Shown here piece after piece: positions 19,904-29,124 of a stretch of DNA of 64,000 nt. A program made the position numbers and the translations under genes. Below the pieces are notes generated by a model. It was not told the DNA's origin and made no database searches. It worked only from the letters and a program-made list of their open reading frames with translations. Each line of letters starts with the position of its first letter. Within the stretch, counting starts at the first letter, position 1. Origin of the DNA: an uncultured Halocynthiibacter sp. (GTDB taxonomy: Bacteria > Pseudomonadota > Alphaproteobacteria > Rhodobacterales > Rhodobacteraceae); the NCBI GenBank assembly GCA_947503035.1, contig CANNCD010000005.1, forward strand, positions 50,208 to 114,207, in the 5' to 3' direction.

Positions 19904-21174
19904 ATTGCTTTCAAGATTTGTTTTGCTGTGAACGCCGTTTGGTACAAGCGCGAAAAGACAGGAGCAGATTTCACTGTCGATGGGTCCGTCATAGGTAGCG
20001 GCAGATCTGCACGATCCATGCCGGTCAATAATTGCGACATCGTGCGCCCAAACATCGTACCGGTTGTGATACCACGACCATTGTAACCAATTGGCGTGAA
20101 TAGATTTTTATCAAGCTCATGAATGCGGGGCAGATGATCTGGTGTCATTGCAATTTGCCCTGTCCACGCCTCTTCGAACTCGACGGGGCCAAGTGTTGGG
20201 AACAAACGCGCGATTTGTTTGCGCGCCCAACGCTGTGAAACGCCGCCATTAATATCACCCATGACCTTACCCATAGATCCAATCAGCAGGCGATCGTATG
20301 CATCGCGGCGCACATTAAACATGATCTGACCGGTATCCCACAAACCCTGTTTTTCGGGCATAATATGCGCGGCCTCTGGCCCCAGCGGCTTGGTGGCGAG
20401 TTGAAAGTAATTGATCAACGTAAAGTTCTGCTTCAAGCCTGGCCATAGGTCATCCGTGTAAGCGTTGGTTCCCAGAACAACCGCCTTAGCTTTCACTGTG
20501 CCCTTATCCGTTTCAACGATCCACAGATCACCTTCTTTGGATAATTTGGTCGCGCGGACCTTGGTGCTTATTTTCGCACCGGCTCCGAGCGCCGCACGTG
20601 CAAGTCCTCGCACATAGCCCATTGGGTTTATCGTGCCGGCGCGGTGATCCAAAAGGCCACCATGGAACACAGTCGTGCCCAATTTCTCGGATACCTCCTC
20701 ACGCGATAGCAGATCCACTGGCTGACCCAGGCGCTGCCACTCTTTGTGGCGGTCCTGTAGGTCGCGAAAACCTGAAGGGGCATGCGCACCATGAATTGTC
20801 CCAGTTTTGGTCACTTCACAGCGGATTTGGTGCTTTTCAATTAGAGAAAACACATACCCTGGGCCTTGACCGAACATATCGATGAAACGCGGACCATATA
20901 CCGGTCCCAATTTCTCACGCACTTTTTGGGGTGGCAACCAAAGCGCGGCATTTACCAGCCCACAGTTGCGTCCTGACCCACCGAAACCGATTTGATTCGC
21001 CTCAAGCACATGCGCCGACAGTCCCTGCTCGGCGCAATGAAGCGCTGATGATAACCCGGTGAACCCACCGCCGATAATCACGACATCCAAGATACCTTGC
21101 GTATCGAGCGGCGCATGAAAATCTTCTTCAATCGCCGTGGCGTTCCAAAGCGAAATTGCATTTTGTGCACTCAT
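19900..21174 (-). CDS. FAD-dependent oxidoreductase (DAO family, gamma-glutamylputrescine oxidase/PuuB-like amine oxidase)
   Basis: 424 aa with dinucleotide fold DVVIIGGGFTGLSSAL. It is the first gene of the minus-strand string. Confidence 0.85.
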   Translation of the reverse strand: MSAQNAISLWNATAIEEDFHAPLDTQGILDVVIIGGGFTGLSSALHCAEQGLSAHVLEANQIGFGGSGRNCGLVNAALWLPPQKVREKLGPVYGPRFIDMFGQGPGYVFSLIEKHQIRCEVTKTGTIHGAHAPSGFRDLQDRHKEWQRLGQPVDLLSREEVSEKLGTTVFHGGLLDHRAGTINPMGYVRGLARAALGAGAKISTKVRATKLSKEGDLWIVETDKGTVKAKAVVLGTNAYTDDLWPGLKQNFTLINYFQLATKPLGPEAAHIMPEKQGLWDTGQIMFNVRRDAYDRLLIGSMGKVMGDINGGVSQRWARKQIARLFPTLGPVEFEEAWTGQIAMTPDHLPRIHELDKNLFTPIGYNGRGITTGTMFGRTMSQLLTGMDRADLPLPMTDPSTVKSAPVFSRLYQTAFTAKQILKAI

Positions 21175-21285
21175 ATAGATTCCCTACCTCAAACGGAATG
21201 GCTGCGATTGAAGAAAGGTTGCAACAGCTTCTCCTCTGTGTCAATATATGATATACAAGTTCTATATATCAGCACGGAGGTCTTT

Positions 21286-21687
21286 ATGAAAAAGCTCAAA
21301 TTGTCATCATCTGACATGGTGAAAGCCGCAAGAGCGCGCATTGAGGAAGTCGAAACCGCCGACCTCATCGCGATGCTCGAAAATCCAAATGTTGTCGTGG
21401 TTGACATTCGCGACCCACGTGAACGCCAGCGCACAGGTTTTATTCCTGGCAGCTTTCACGCGCCGCGTGGCATGATCGAATTCTGGGTCGATCCAGACAG
21501 CCCATATTTCAAGGACATCTTTGGAGAAGATAAAAAGTTTGTCTTCCATTGCGCCTCAGGTTGGCGCTCGTCGCTAACAGTTGCCACGCTCCAAGACATG
21601 GGGTTTGAAGCGGCTCACCTCAAAGAAGGTTTCTCCACTTGGGAAAAACAAGGCGGTTCAGTCGAATTTCCTGAAAAGAAGGGCTAA
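21286..21687 (+). CDS. rhodanese-like single-domain sulfurtransferase
   Basis: Start ATG 21286 lies 5 nt after GGAGG (21276-21280). Active-site loop FHCASGWRS (CxxxxR/S). Confidence 0.85.
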   Translation: MKKLKLSSSDMVKAARARIEEVETADLIAMLENPNVVVVDIRDPRERQRTGFIPGSFHAPRGMIEFWVDPDSPYFKDIFGEDKKFVFHCASGWRSSLTVATLQDMGFEAAHLKEGFSTWEKQGGSVEFPEKKG

Positions 21688-21729
21688 AAAACTCTGTTTC
21701 GCGCACTCTACAAAGAAGGCGCGAAACAG
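21686..21729 (-). terminator. rho-independent terminator downstream of the IclR gene
   Basis: Perfect 11-bp stem, CTGTTTCGCGC (21694-21704) / GCGCGAAACAG (21719-21729), with a 14-nt loop. On the minus strand it is followed by T6 (complement of A-run 21686-21691). Confidence 0.65.
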
Positions 21730-21745
21730 TTAGATCAAGTGAAAT

Positions 21746-22516
21746 TTAGCGGCGCGCCAGTTTCGCAGATACGCTTTCGGCGCAATTGGCAACCAAAGAT
21801 CCATATCTATCTAACCCGTTTTCGGGCATACTCACATCTGGCAACGAAATCCCCAACGACGCTATGCTTTCTCCACTGGGAAGCGTAATCGCTGCCCCAA
21901 GACTCCAAATGCGCTCGCGAAATTCGCCTTGGTCTACGGCATATCCTCGGGCAAGCGTCGCATTCATATCATCATCAAGGGCCGCAATAGAGGATATTGT
22001 CTTTTCCGTATGTCGGGTCAGTTGCCCCTTAATGCGTTCGCGCATGCTACCATAATTCGCCGCCAAGATGGCCTTCCCGGTACCCACGCAATGAATCGGC
22101 GCTTCGCCGCCAATCGGGCTCCAAGACCGGATGGGTTTTTGGCTCTCAATCTTATCTATATAGACGATCCCAAGATGTTCAGGAACGGCCAGATAAATCG
22201 TCTCGCCGGTTTCCTTGGACAGGAATGACATCTCAGGCGCGGCCAGTTCGCGCAGGTTCAAATTATCAACCGAAGCTCGTCCAATTTGCCACGTCTTCAA
22301 CGTCGCGGCATAAGCTTTGCTTTCCAAGTGCTTGACATATCCAAGTGTTGTGAGACTCTGCAAAAGGCGAAATGTGTTAGATTTCGTAAGACCCAACTCC
22401 ACCGATAACTCGGTAACGCCCTTGCCTGATGGGGCATGTGCCAAGTTTTCAAGAATGCTCAATCCCTTGGAGAGGGTAGAGTCAACTTTGGGCGTCTTAG
22501 GCGGCGTATCTGTCAT
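21746..22516 (-). CDS. IclR family transcriptional regulator
   Basis: 256 aa. N-terminal wHTH (LSKGLSILENLAHAPSGKGVTELSVELGLTKSNTFRLLQSL) plus an IclR effector domain. It lies 21 bp downstream of the Mo-enzyme gene. Confidence 0.9.
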   Translation of the reverse strand: MTDTPPKTPKVDSTLSKGLSILENLAHAPSGKGVTELSVELGLTKSNTFRLLQSLTTLGYVKHLESKAYAATLKTWQIGRASVDNLNLRELAAPEMSFLSKETGETIYLAVPEHLGIVYIDKIESQKPIRSWSPIGGEAPIHCVGTGKAILAANYGSMRERIKGQLTRHTEKTISSIAALDDDMNATLARGYAVDQGEFRERIWSLGAAITLPSGESIASLGISLPDVSMPENGLDRYGSLVANCAESVSAKLARR

Positions 22517-22537
22517 TGGTTCATCCTCCGATACGTA

Positions 22538-24874
22538 TCAAGTATCAGGTTCATTCCGAAACAGGAAGTCAGGAGCTGAATGAGCCGTGATTTTTGGCAA
22601 TACACCTTCAAACTTACGTACATTCAACAAGGTTGAATGTGCCGCCGTGCTTTGACTAAGGGACGATGTGCGAAGATCATGGGTTAAAACATTCGGATTT
22701 CCATGTCGATCACGGTTTTGCGGCGCATTGAAATCGGGATCATACCAAGCTCCCGTCCACAAAAAGACACAGCCCTCGCGGACTTCATCGGTTATTTTTG
22801 CACCAGCAAGACAACGCCCGCGTTCATTGTAGAGCTCAACGATATCTCCATGCTCAATCCCACGCTCAGCCGCATCTCTTGGATGAAGCAGCACCGGCTC
22901 GCGATCCTTGATCTTATGGCTTTTACTATAGTCGCCATTATCAAGCTGGCTGTGCAACCGCGTTTTTGGTTGCCCCGACAACATATACAGTGGGTATTTT
23001 TGTTCCGCTCCGGCTGCCACATCCCGTGGCGCGAACCACGCCGCATGGCCTGGGCAGTCAGGGCGACCAAACGACGCAATGGTTTGCGAGAATAGCTCGA
23101 TGCGGCCGCTTGGGGTCGACAAGGGATTTGCCACCGGATCGGCACGAAATTTGTCCAGAAATACTTGCTCAGGCGCTGGATCTGGCACATGCACAACGTC
23201 CCCAGAGATAAATTCATCCCAGTTCGGCAGATCAATACCGGCCTTCGAAGCCGTAGATTGCGTTTGTTGCCAAATGCACCGCAACCAGTCTTCACTGCTG
23301 CGCCCCTCCGTAAACGCCTCGGCATTTCCAAGACGCCCTGCGAGGTCTGCATAGATGTCATATTCCATCCGCGCCTCGCCCACCGGCTTGATTAATGCTG
23401 GCATCGGAACAAGGGCATTGTCTGATTTCCCTGCGCCAAAGTCTGTACGTTCTTGCGCAGACGCAATCGGCAAAACGATATCCGCATGACGCGCGGTTGC
23501 GGTCCAATTCAGCTCATTCACAATCACGGTGTCGGGGGCCTGGAACGCCTCGTGTAACCTATTCAGGTCTTGGTGATGATGAAAAGGGTTTCCTCCGGCC
23601 CACCAGACCATACGCGCATGGGGGAATTTCCGTTTACGCCCGTTGTAATCATAGCTTTTCCCGGGACTTAGTAACATCTCGGAAATCATCGCGACTGGGA
23701 TAAAGTCATCGTGCGGGTTCTTGAGTTGTGAAAAGGCGCCCCACCGAAATGGGCGCTCTACATTCCCGATGTTCGCGTTCACGCCGTACCCAATCACATA
23801 TCCGCCACCAGGTAAGCCGATTTGCCCCAGCATCGCTGCCAAAGTCACTCCCATCCAAAGGGGTTGTTCGCCATAATCTGCCCTCTGTACCCCCGCGGCA
23901 ATACTGATCATCGTACGGGACGACGCCATTTTTCGAGCGAGGGCCGCAATGTCTTCGGCGTCGATTCCCGATTGTGCCGCAGCCCAAGCGGCGTCTTTTG
24001 GCTGGCCATCGGTTTTGCCCAGAATGTACGCTGCGACGCGGTCAAAGCCGACGGTGTATTTATCCAAAAACGAAACATCATGCAGACCTTCGGTTAGCAA
24101 GGTATGCGCGAGCCCCAACATCAATGCAGTGTCAGAACCCGGCAATGGTGGCATCCAGACAGCATCAAGTGTCTCTAAGATATCGCTGCGCAATGGGCTG
24201 ATGTTGACAAACTCAACGCCCGCGTCCTTGCATAGGGTCAAGTTATCTTTCATCCGATGACGCGCAACGCCACCATCGCTGACTTGAGTATTGCGCTGTG
24301 CGATGCCACCAAAACACACAACAAGATCGCTGTGTTTGGCAATGACCGGCCAGCGGGTCGCGTCCACAACATGTTGTCGGTACGGCCCAACGATATGCGG
24401 CATCAGGACAAGGGCCGCATTATAGCTATAGTTACCCTCTGAACGCACGAACCCGCCCTGCGTGTTCAAAAAACGCTTCAGTTGACTCTGGGCGTGATGA
24501 AAGCGTCCGGCGCTTGACCAACCATATGAACCGGCAAAAATTGCTCCATTCCCATACGCCTCACGAATACGTCTAAGTTCTTTGGCAATCAAATCGAGAG
24601 CCGTATCCCAACTGACTTCGACAAAGCCATCGCGACCGCGTGCTGTTTCGCCGCTTGTACCGCGCCCTTCGGGACCGTTCTCAAGCCATGATTTGCGCAC
24701 GGCTGGACGCGTGATACGCGCATCGCCATGCAAGCTGCTTGCGATATTATCGTTGATCCGCGACGGATTTGGATCCTCGCAATGCCCAGCGACCGATTGA
24801 ATTTTTTCATCTTCAACCACAGCGACACCAACGCCCCAGTGGCTTGCAGTAATCTTTGTTTCAATCTTAGGCAT
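22538..24874 (-). CDS. cytoplasmic molybdopterin (bis-MGD) S-/N-oxide reductase, BisC/TorZ-like
   Basis: 778 aa with no Tat signal. The N-terminal region (ASHWG..., VSWDTALDLIAKELRRIREAYGNGAIFAGSYGWSSAG) closely parallels biotin sulfoxide reductase BisC. Confidence 0.85.
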   Translation of the reverse strand: MPKIETKITASHWGVGVAVVEDEKIQSVAGHCEDPNPSRINDNIASSLHGDARITRPAVRKSWLENGPEGRGTSGETARGRDGFVEVSWDTALDLIAKELRRIREAYGNGAIFAGSYGWSSAGRFHHAQSQLKRFLNTQGGFVRSEGNYSYNAALVLMPHIVGPYRQHVVDATRWPVIAKHSDLVVCFGGIAQRNTQVSDGGVARHRMKDNLTLCKDAGVEFVNISPLRSDILETLDAVWMPPLPGSDTALMLGLAHTLLTEGLHDVSFLDKYTVGFDRVAAYILGKTDGQPKDAAWAAAQSGIDAEDIAALARKMASSRTMISIAAGVQRADYGEQPLWMGVTLAAMLGQIGLPGGGYVIGYGVNANIGNVERPFRWGAFSQLKNPHDDFIPVAMISEMLLSPGKSYDYNGRKRKFPHARMVWWAGGNPFHHHQDLNRLHEAFQAPDTVIVNELNWTATARHADIVLPIASAQERTDFGAGKSDNALVPMPALIKPVGEARMEYDIYADLAGRLGNAEAFTEGRSSEDWLRCIWQQTQSTASKAGIDLPNWDEFISGDVVHVPDPAPEQVFLDKFRADPVANPLSTPSGRIELFSQTIASFGRPDCPGHAAWFAPRDVAAGAEQKYPLYMLSGQPKTRLHSQLDNGDYSKSHKIKDREPVLLHPRDAAERGIEHGDIVELYNERGRCLAGAKITDEVREGCVFLWTGAWYDPDFNAPQNRDRHGNPNVLTHDLRTSSLSQSTAAHSTLLNVRKFEGVLPKITAHSAPDFLFRNEPDT

Positions 24875-24975
24875 TCAACTCTCACGTGCTGCTATAGTGA
24901 ACATATTTTCTGCATATTGACACAGTAGATCTGGGATGTCATCCTCAGAACGTCTATATTAAGCGAGATTATTCC

Positions 24976-26151
24976 ATGCCTTCAGATACAAGAAATAACG
25001 CCGATGCTCTCGTGCAAAACGGTAGGCCTCCCCGTGTCGATGGTCGTCATGTTAACATGCCTATTGAGCTTGGCTCGACGATTGTCTTTGACAGTATGGC
25101 AAGTTTTGAGAGCGCACGCGATGCGCGCTACGCATCCGGTACCCTTTACTATGGGCGGTATGGAAATGACGCCTCATTTCAACTGGAAGCGCTACTTGCC
25201 AATCTCGAAAACGCACGCGGTGTCACCTTAACATCATCCGGCGTGGCGGCCATCTCTACGGCGTTGATGACATTCGTTGCCCCGGGAAAACACCTATTGG
25301 TCGCCGATCACGTCTACGGCAACACGCGCGCCTTTTGTGATGGCGTTTTGAGCCGCATGGGCGTTGAGATTGAATACTACGATCCCATGATCGGCACAGA
25401 TATCTACGATTTAATTCGTGAAACAACCTGCGCCATTATGCTCGAAGCCCCAGGGTCGGGCACCTTTGAAATACCTGACATTCCGGCCATTGCAAAAGCC
25501 GCACGCGATGCCTCTATCCCCTCGATTATCGATAGCACTTGGGCCACGCCGTTGTTTTGCAAACCCCTTGATCTGGGCTGCGATGTCGTGGTCGCCTCTT
25601 GCTCAAAATACATCAGCGGGCATTCAGATTGCATGATGGGCATGATCGCGAGCAATACCATGTACCATGATCAGATACGTAAGACCGTTTTTGCAATCGG
25701 CGACAAGCCAGGATCACACGAAGTTTTCCTCGCCTTGCGCGGGCTTAGAACGCTTAAGGTCCGCATGGAGTATTTTGACAAGGCCGGCCGTGAAATCGCG
25801 ACATGGCTGGGACAACAAAAACAAGTAAAGACTGTTCTGCACCCAGCCTTTGAGAGTTGCCCCGGCCACGATTTCTGGAAGCGTGACTTCACCGGCGCCG
25901 CAGGTCTGTTCTCCGTGATTTTTCACCCCTGCAGCGCGGCACAAATCCGCGATTTTGTCGACGCCCTGCATCATTTTGGTATCGGCGTGAGCTGGGGTGG
26001 ATACGAGAGCCTTGTATTGCCCGTTGACCCCATGCGCAGCGCGAAAGCTTGGACTGAGACCGGTGCCTTGGTGCGGTTTAACATCGGCCTTGAAGACACA
26101 GATAGCCTGAAAGCAGACCTGCAGGCCGCGTTACCTCTTTTGAATTCATAG
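24976..26151 (+). CDS. metC: Cys/Met-metabolism PLP enzyme, cystathionine beta-lyase-like
   Basis: 391 aa. PLP-lysine motif SCSKYISGHSD and a MetC-like N-terminal region (STIVFDS...LYYGRYGN). Confidence 0.75.
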   Translation: MPSDTRNNADALVQNGRPPRVDGRHVNMPIELGSTIVFDSMASFESARDARYASGTLYYGRYGNDASFQLEALLANLENARGVTLTSSGVAAISTALMTFVAPGKHLLVADHVYGNTRAFCDGVLSRMGVEIEYYDPMIGTDIYDLIRETTCAIMLEAPGSGTFEIPDIPAIAKAARDASIPSIIDSTWATPLFCKPLDLGCDVVVASCSKYISGHSDCMMGMIASNTMYHDQIRKTVFAIGDKPGSHEVFLALRGLRTLKVRMEYFDKAGREIATWLGQQKQVKTVLHPAFESCPGHDFWKRDFTGAAGLFSVIFHPCSAAQIRDFVDALHHFGIGVSWGGYESLVLPVDPMRSAKAWTETGALVRFNIGLEDTDSLKADLQAALPLLNS

Positions 26152-26176
26152 TTTACCATCAAAACGGAGTGCCCAA

Positions 26177-26815
26177 ATGCACAACAAAATTGACCACTTT
26201 GCGATTGGCGCCGACAGCTTGGAGCAAGGTATCGAAAGCCTGAAGGACGTCCTTGGCGTCGAAGTTCCACGCGGCGGCAAACACGACGCGATGAGCACGC
26301 ATAATTGTGTGATGCAATCAGGCAACGAGAGCTTCTTTGAACTTATCGCGATCGATCCCGACGCACCAGCCGATCCAGGACGGGTACGTTGGTTCACGCT
26401 GGATGACCGTGCCACCCAAGCCCGCCTAAAAACCCGTCCTCGTGCATTGTGCTGGGTCGTTGGGACCGACGATCTGGATGCGGTCATCGCCGCGAGCCCC
26501 GTGGATCTGGGCGAAGTGGTACTGTTCACGCGCGGTGATCGCTCATGGCGTTTGACTGTACCAAAAGACGGAAGCTTGCCGATGGGAGGTTTGTTGCCTG
26601 CGTTCATCGAATGGTCGCCAGGGCCCCATCCAAGCACAGGCCAACAAGATTTGGGCGTGACCTTGGACAAGGTTCAATTGGCCCACCCAAACCCGTCTGA
26701 ACTGTTGGAAGTTTTGAAAGCACTCAAGGTCGATCACTTGGCCAATGTCAGCGAGGGCCCCGCCGCGTTGTCCTTTGATCTAAGTACACCAAAAGGCGCT
26801 GTAACTCTCGATTAG
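26177..26815 (+). CDS. VOC / glyoxalase-like domain protein
   Basis: 212 aa. The N-terminus (IDHFAIGADSLEQGIESL...GGKHDAMSTHN) resembles the glyoxalase-like (Glyoxalase_3) family. The assignment is tentative. Confidence 0.6.
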   Translation: MHNKIDHFAIGADSLEQGIESLKDVLGVEVPRGGKHDAMSTHNCVMQSGNESFFELIAIDPDAPADPGRVRWFTLDDRATQARLKTRPRALCWVVGTDDLDAVIAASPVDLGEVVLFTRGDRSWRLTVPKDGSLPMGGLLPAFIEWSPGPHPSTGQQDLGVTLDKVQLAHPNPSELLEVLKALKVDHLANVSEGPAALSFDLSTPKGAVTLD

Positions 26816-26830
26816 AAAAGGAAGACGGGC

Positions 26831-27715
26831 ATGGAACATCCAATTGCATCTCTGGATCAAAAGCCAGACGTAACGGCATTCTTCGATGCGCAGTCCAACA
26901 CAATAAGCTATGTCATCAAAGACCCCGCAAGCACGTCTTGCGCGGTCATTGATGCTGTCATGCAATTTGATTACGCGGCTGCACGCCTCAGCTTTGATAC
27001 CGCGGATCAGATCATCGCATTCATAACCGAACGCGGGCTTAGACTTGAATGGATTATTGAAACACATGTTCACGCAGATCACCTATCTGGCGCGCCCTAT
27101 ATACAGAAAAAACTGGGCGGTAAAATCGGGATCGGTGAACATATCCTGACTGTGCAAGAAACCTTTGGAAAGATCTTTAATGCTGGCACCGAATTCCAAC
27201 GGGACGGCACACAGTTCGACTGTCTGTTCACGGACAATCAGGTTTATAATGTCGGAAAAATGACTTGTTTTGCCATGCATACGCCCGGACATACGCCGGC
27301 CTGTATGGTGCATGTCATAGGGGATGCGGTCTTTACGGGTGATACATTATTCATGCCAGATGGCGGGTCCGCGCGGGCGGATTTTCCTGGAGGCGATGCC
27401 GGTGAGTTGTTCGATTCAATCGAACGCGTTCTTGCTCTCCCTGAAGAAATGCGACTGTTTGTATGTCACGACTACGGCCCCAATGGGCGCGCAATCCGTT
27501 GGGAGACGACCATCGGCGCACAAAAGAAAGCGAATATCCATGTTGGTGAAGGGGCGTCTCGTGAAGAGTTCGTCTCCATGCGCGAAGCCCGCGACGCGAC
27601 CCTTGGCATGCCAAAACTGATTATTCCGTCGCTCCAAGTCAATATGCGCGCCGGCGAAGTTCCCAAAGATAAAGACGGTAACATGACGCTTACTGTGCCA
27701 ATTGATGCGTTGTGA
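26831..27715 (+). CDS. MBL-fold metallo-hydrolase, persulfide dioxygenase (ETHE1/Blh)-like
   Basis: 294 aa. Metal motifs THVHADHLSG, HTPGHTP, GDTLF and CHDY. Confidence 0.7.
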   Translation: MEHPIASLDQKPDVTAFFDAQSNTISYVIKDPASTSCAVIDAVMQFDYAAARLSFDTADQIIAFITERGLRLEWIIETHVHADHLSGAPYIQKKLGGKIGIGEHILTVQETFGKIFNAGTEFQRDGTQFDCLFTDNQVYNVGKMTCFAMHTPGHTPACMVHVIGDAVFTGDTLFMPDGGSARADFPGGDAGELFDSIERVLALPEEMRLFVCHDYGPNGRAIRWETTIGAQKKANIHVGEGASREEFVSMREARDATLGMPKLIIPSLQVNMRAGEVPKDKDGNMTLTVPIDAL

Positions 27716-27745
27716 TCCCTAACGAAATAACGAAAGAGTAAAGAT

Positions 27746-27961
27746 ATGGAACGCGTAGATGTGATCAAATGGATTGCGACGGTCGTGCAACTTATTGGAT
27801 ATGCCTTGACGGGGATGAATATCGTGCCGTGGAATATTGCGGCCTTTGTCATCGGTATCGTGCTGTGGTTTGTCGTTGGATTTATGTGGAGGGACCGAGC
27901 GCTGATGGTCGTGCACATCGGGGCCTTTGTTGCACTCATTGCTGGATATTTGAATTCGTAA
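27746..27961 (+). CDS. small hydrophobic (about 3 TM) membrane protein, unknown function
   Basis: 71-aa ORF at the 3' end of the plus-strand operon, followed by a strong terminator. I could not recognise a family. Confidence 0.45.
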   Translation: MERVDVIKWIATVVQLIGYALTGMNIVPWNIAAFVIGIVLWFVVGFMWRDRALMVVHIGAFVALIAGYLNS

Positions 27962-27983
27962 TACCCAACACTTGATCCAATAG

Positions 27984-28025
27984 AAAAGGGGCGAAGCGGG
28001 TTTTACCTCTTCGCCCCTTTTCTTT
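27984..28025. terminator. bidirectional rho-independent terminator
   Basis: Perfect 13-bp stem, AAAAGGGGCGAAG (27984-27996) / CTTCGCCCCTTTT (28009-28021), with T-runs on both strands. It sits between convergent operons. Confidence 0.85.
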
Positions 28026-28040
28026 GCACCTCCTAGGTCG

Positions 28041-29123
28041 CTAGTGCGTCGATAAGGCCATTCTTCCTTTCAAATACTCGCCATACTGGCCGAGCGAAAA
28101 GATGAATGTCCAATATATCGCACCGACAAAGACATAGACCTCCATGTAATGCGGCGCCCACTCGCCTGTCCCGAAAGCAGCCTTGGCCGATGCCAGTACA
28201 TCAAAGAAGCCGATGATGATCACGATGGCTGTCTCTTTAAACGTCACAACAACCATATTGATGGTACTTGGCAAAGCATGGCGGAACACTTGCGGCAAAA
28301 TGATGCGCGCCATGATCTTCCAATACCCTATACCAAGGGCCTTGCCGGCTTCGAATTGCCCTTTCGGAATGGCCTGAAAACCGCCTCTGAAAACTTCGGC
28401 CTGATAACAGCCAAAGAACAAAGAAAACGCGATGATAACGCGCCAAATCTTGTCACCTTCAAGCCAGCTTGGCAAAAGGATTGGAACGACGACAGCCGCG
28501 GTAAACAGTGTAGTCAAAAGAGGCAATGAACGAATTGTATCGATCACGATCACCGCAAAGCTACGCACAACAGGCATCTCAGAGCGGCGCATCAACGCCA
28601 AGCCAAGCCCCATAGGCATGCCCAATAGAACAACAGACGCAAACAGAAATAACGTGAGGGAAAGCCCGCCCCACCCATCCGTTGTAACCTGCGCAAGGCC
28701 CAGCAAGCTCCCTTCCATCAGGAGATAATATGCAGCAAATCCTGCCACCCAAAGGCTTGTGAGTCGCTTCGCCGTCCAGGTGGCCGGAAAACAAGAAATG
28801 ATCACTGTCGCAATAATGGACAGGCAAGCAAATGTAGATCGCCAATGTTCCTCATAGGGATAAAGACCGAAGAGGATCAGGCGATGGCGCGCATCAATCA
28901 CAGACCAACAGGCACCCGCCTCTTCGGTACAGTGGGCAACATTTTCGGCGGACCACACCGCTCGAAAAATGGCCCAATCAACCGCAAGCCAAGTCCAATA
29001 CCCGAGAGCGCCAAAAATGACGATGGACAAAACTGCTGCGGATGGGGTCCCGAAAGCGCGTTTTGAGAAAGACGCCATATAGGCGTGAAAGCGGTTGGGA
29101 GATAATTTTTGAGTATGTGCCAT
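28041..29123 (-). CDS. amino-acid ABC transporter permease (AapM-like, long form)
   Basis: 360-aa multi-TM ORF. Its start lies 1 nt from the upstream stop. Confidence 0.85.
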   Translation of the reverse strand: MAHTQKLSPNRFHAYMASFSKRAFGTPSAAVLSIVIFGALGYWTWLAVDWAIFRAVWSAENVAHCTEEAGACWSVIDARHRLILFGLYPYEEHWRSTFACLSIIATVIISCFPATWTAKRLTSLWVAGFAAYYLLMEGSLLGLAQVTTDGWGGLSLTLFLFASVVLLGMPMGLGLALMRRSEMPVVRSFAVIVIDTIRSLPLLTTLFTAAVVVPILLPSWLEGDKIWRVIIAFSLFFGCYQAEVFRGGFQAIPKGQFEAGKALGIGYWKIMARIILPQVFRHALPSTINMVVVTFKETAIVIIIGFFDVLASAKAAFGTGEWAPHYMEVYVFVGAIYWTFIFSLGQYGEYLKGRMALSTH

Positions 29124-29124
29124 C

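Noticed and set aside
21249-21270. AT-rich inverted repeat TGATATA-N8-TATATCA in the divergent promoter between the FAD oxidase and rhodanese genes.
   Set aside because: The arms are short and AT-rich, in a region where -10-like sequences are expected anyway. This is not enough to call an operator.
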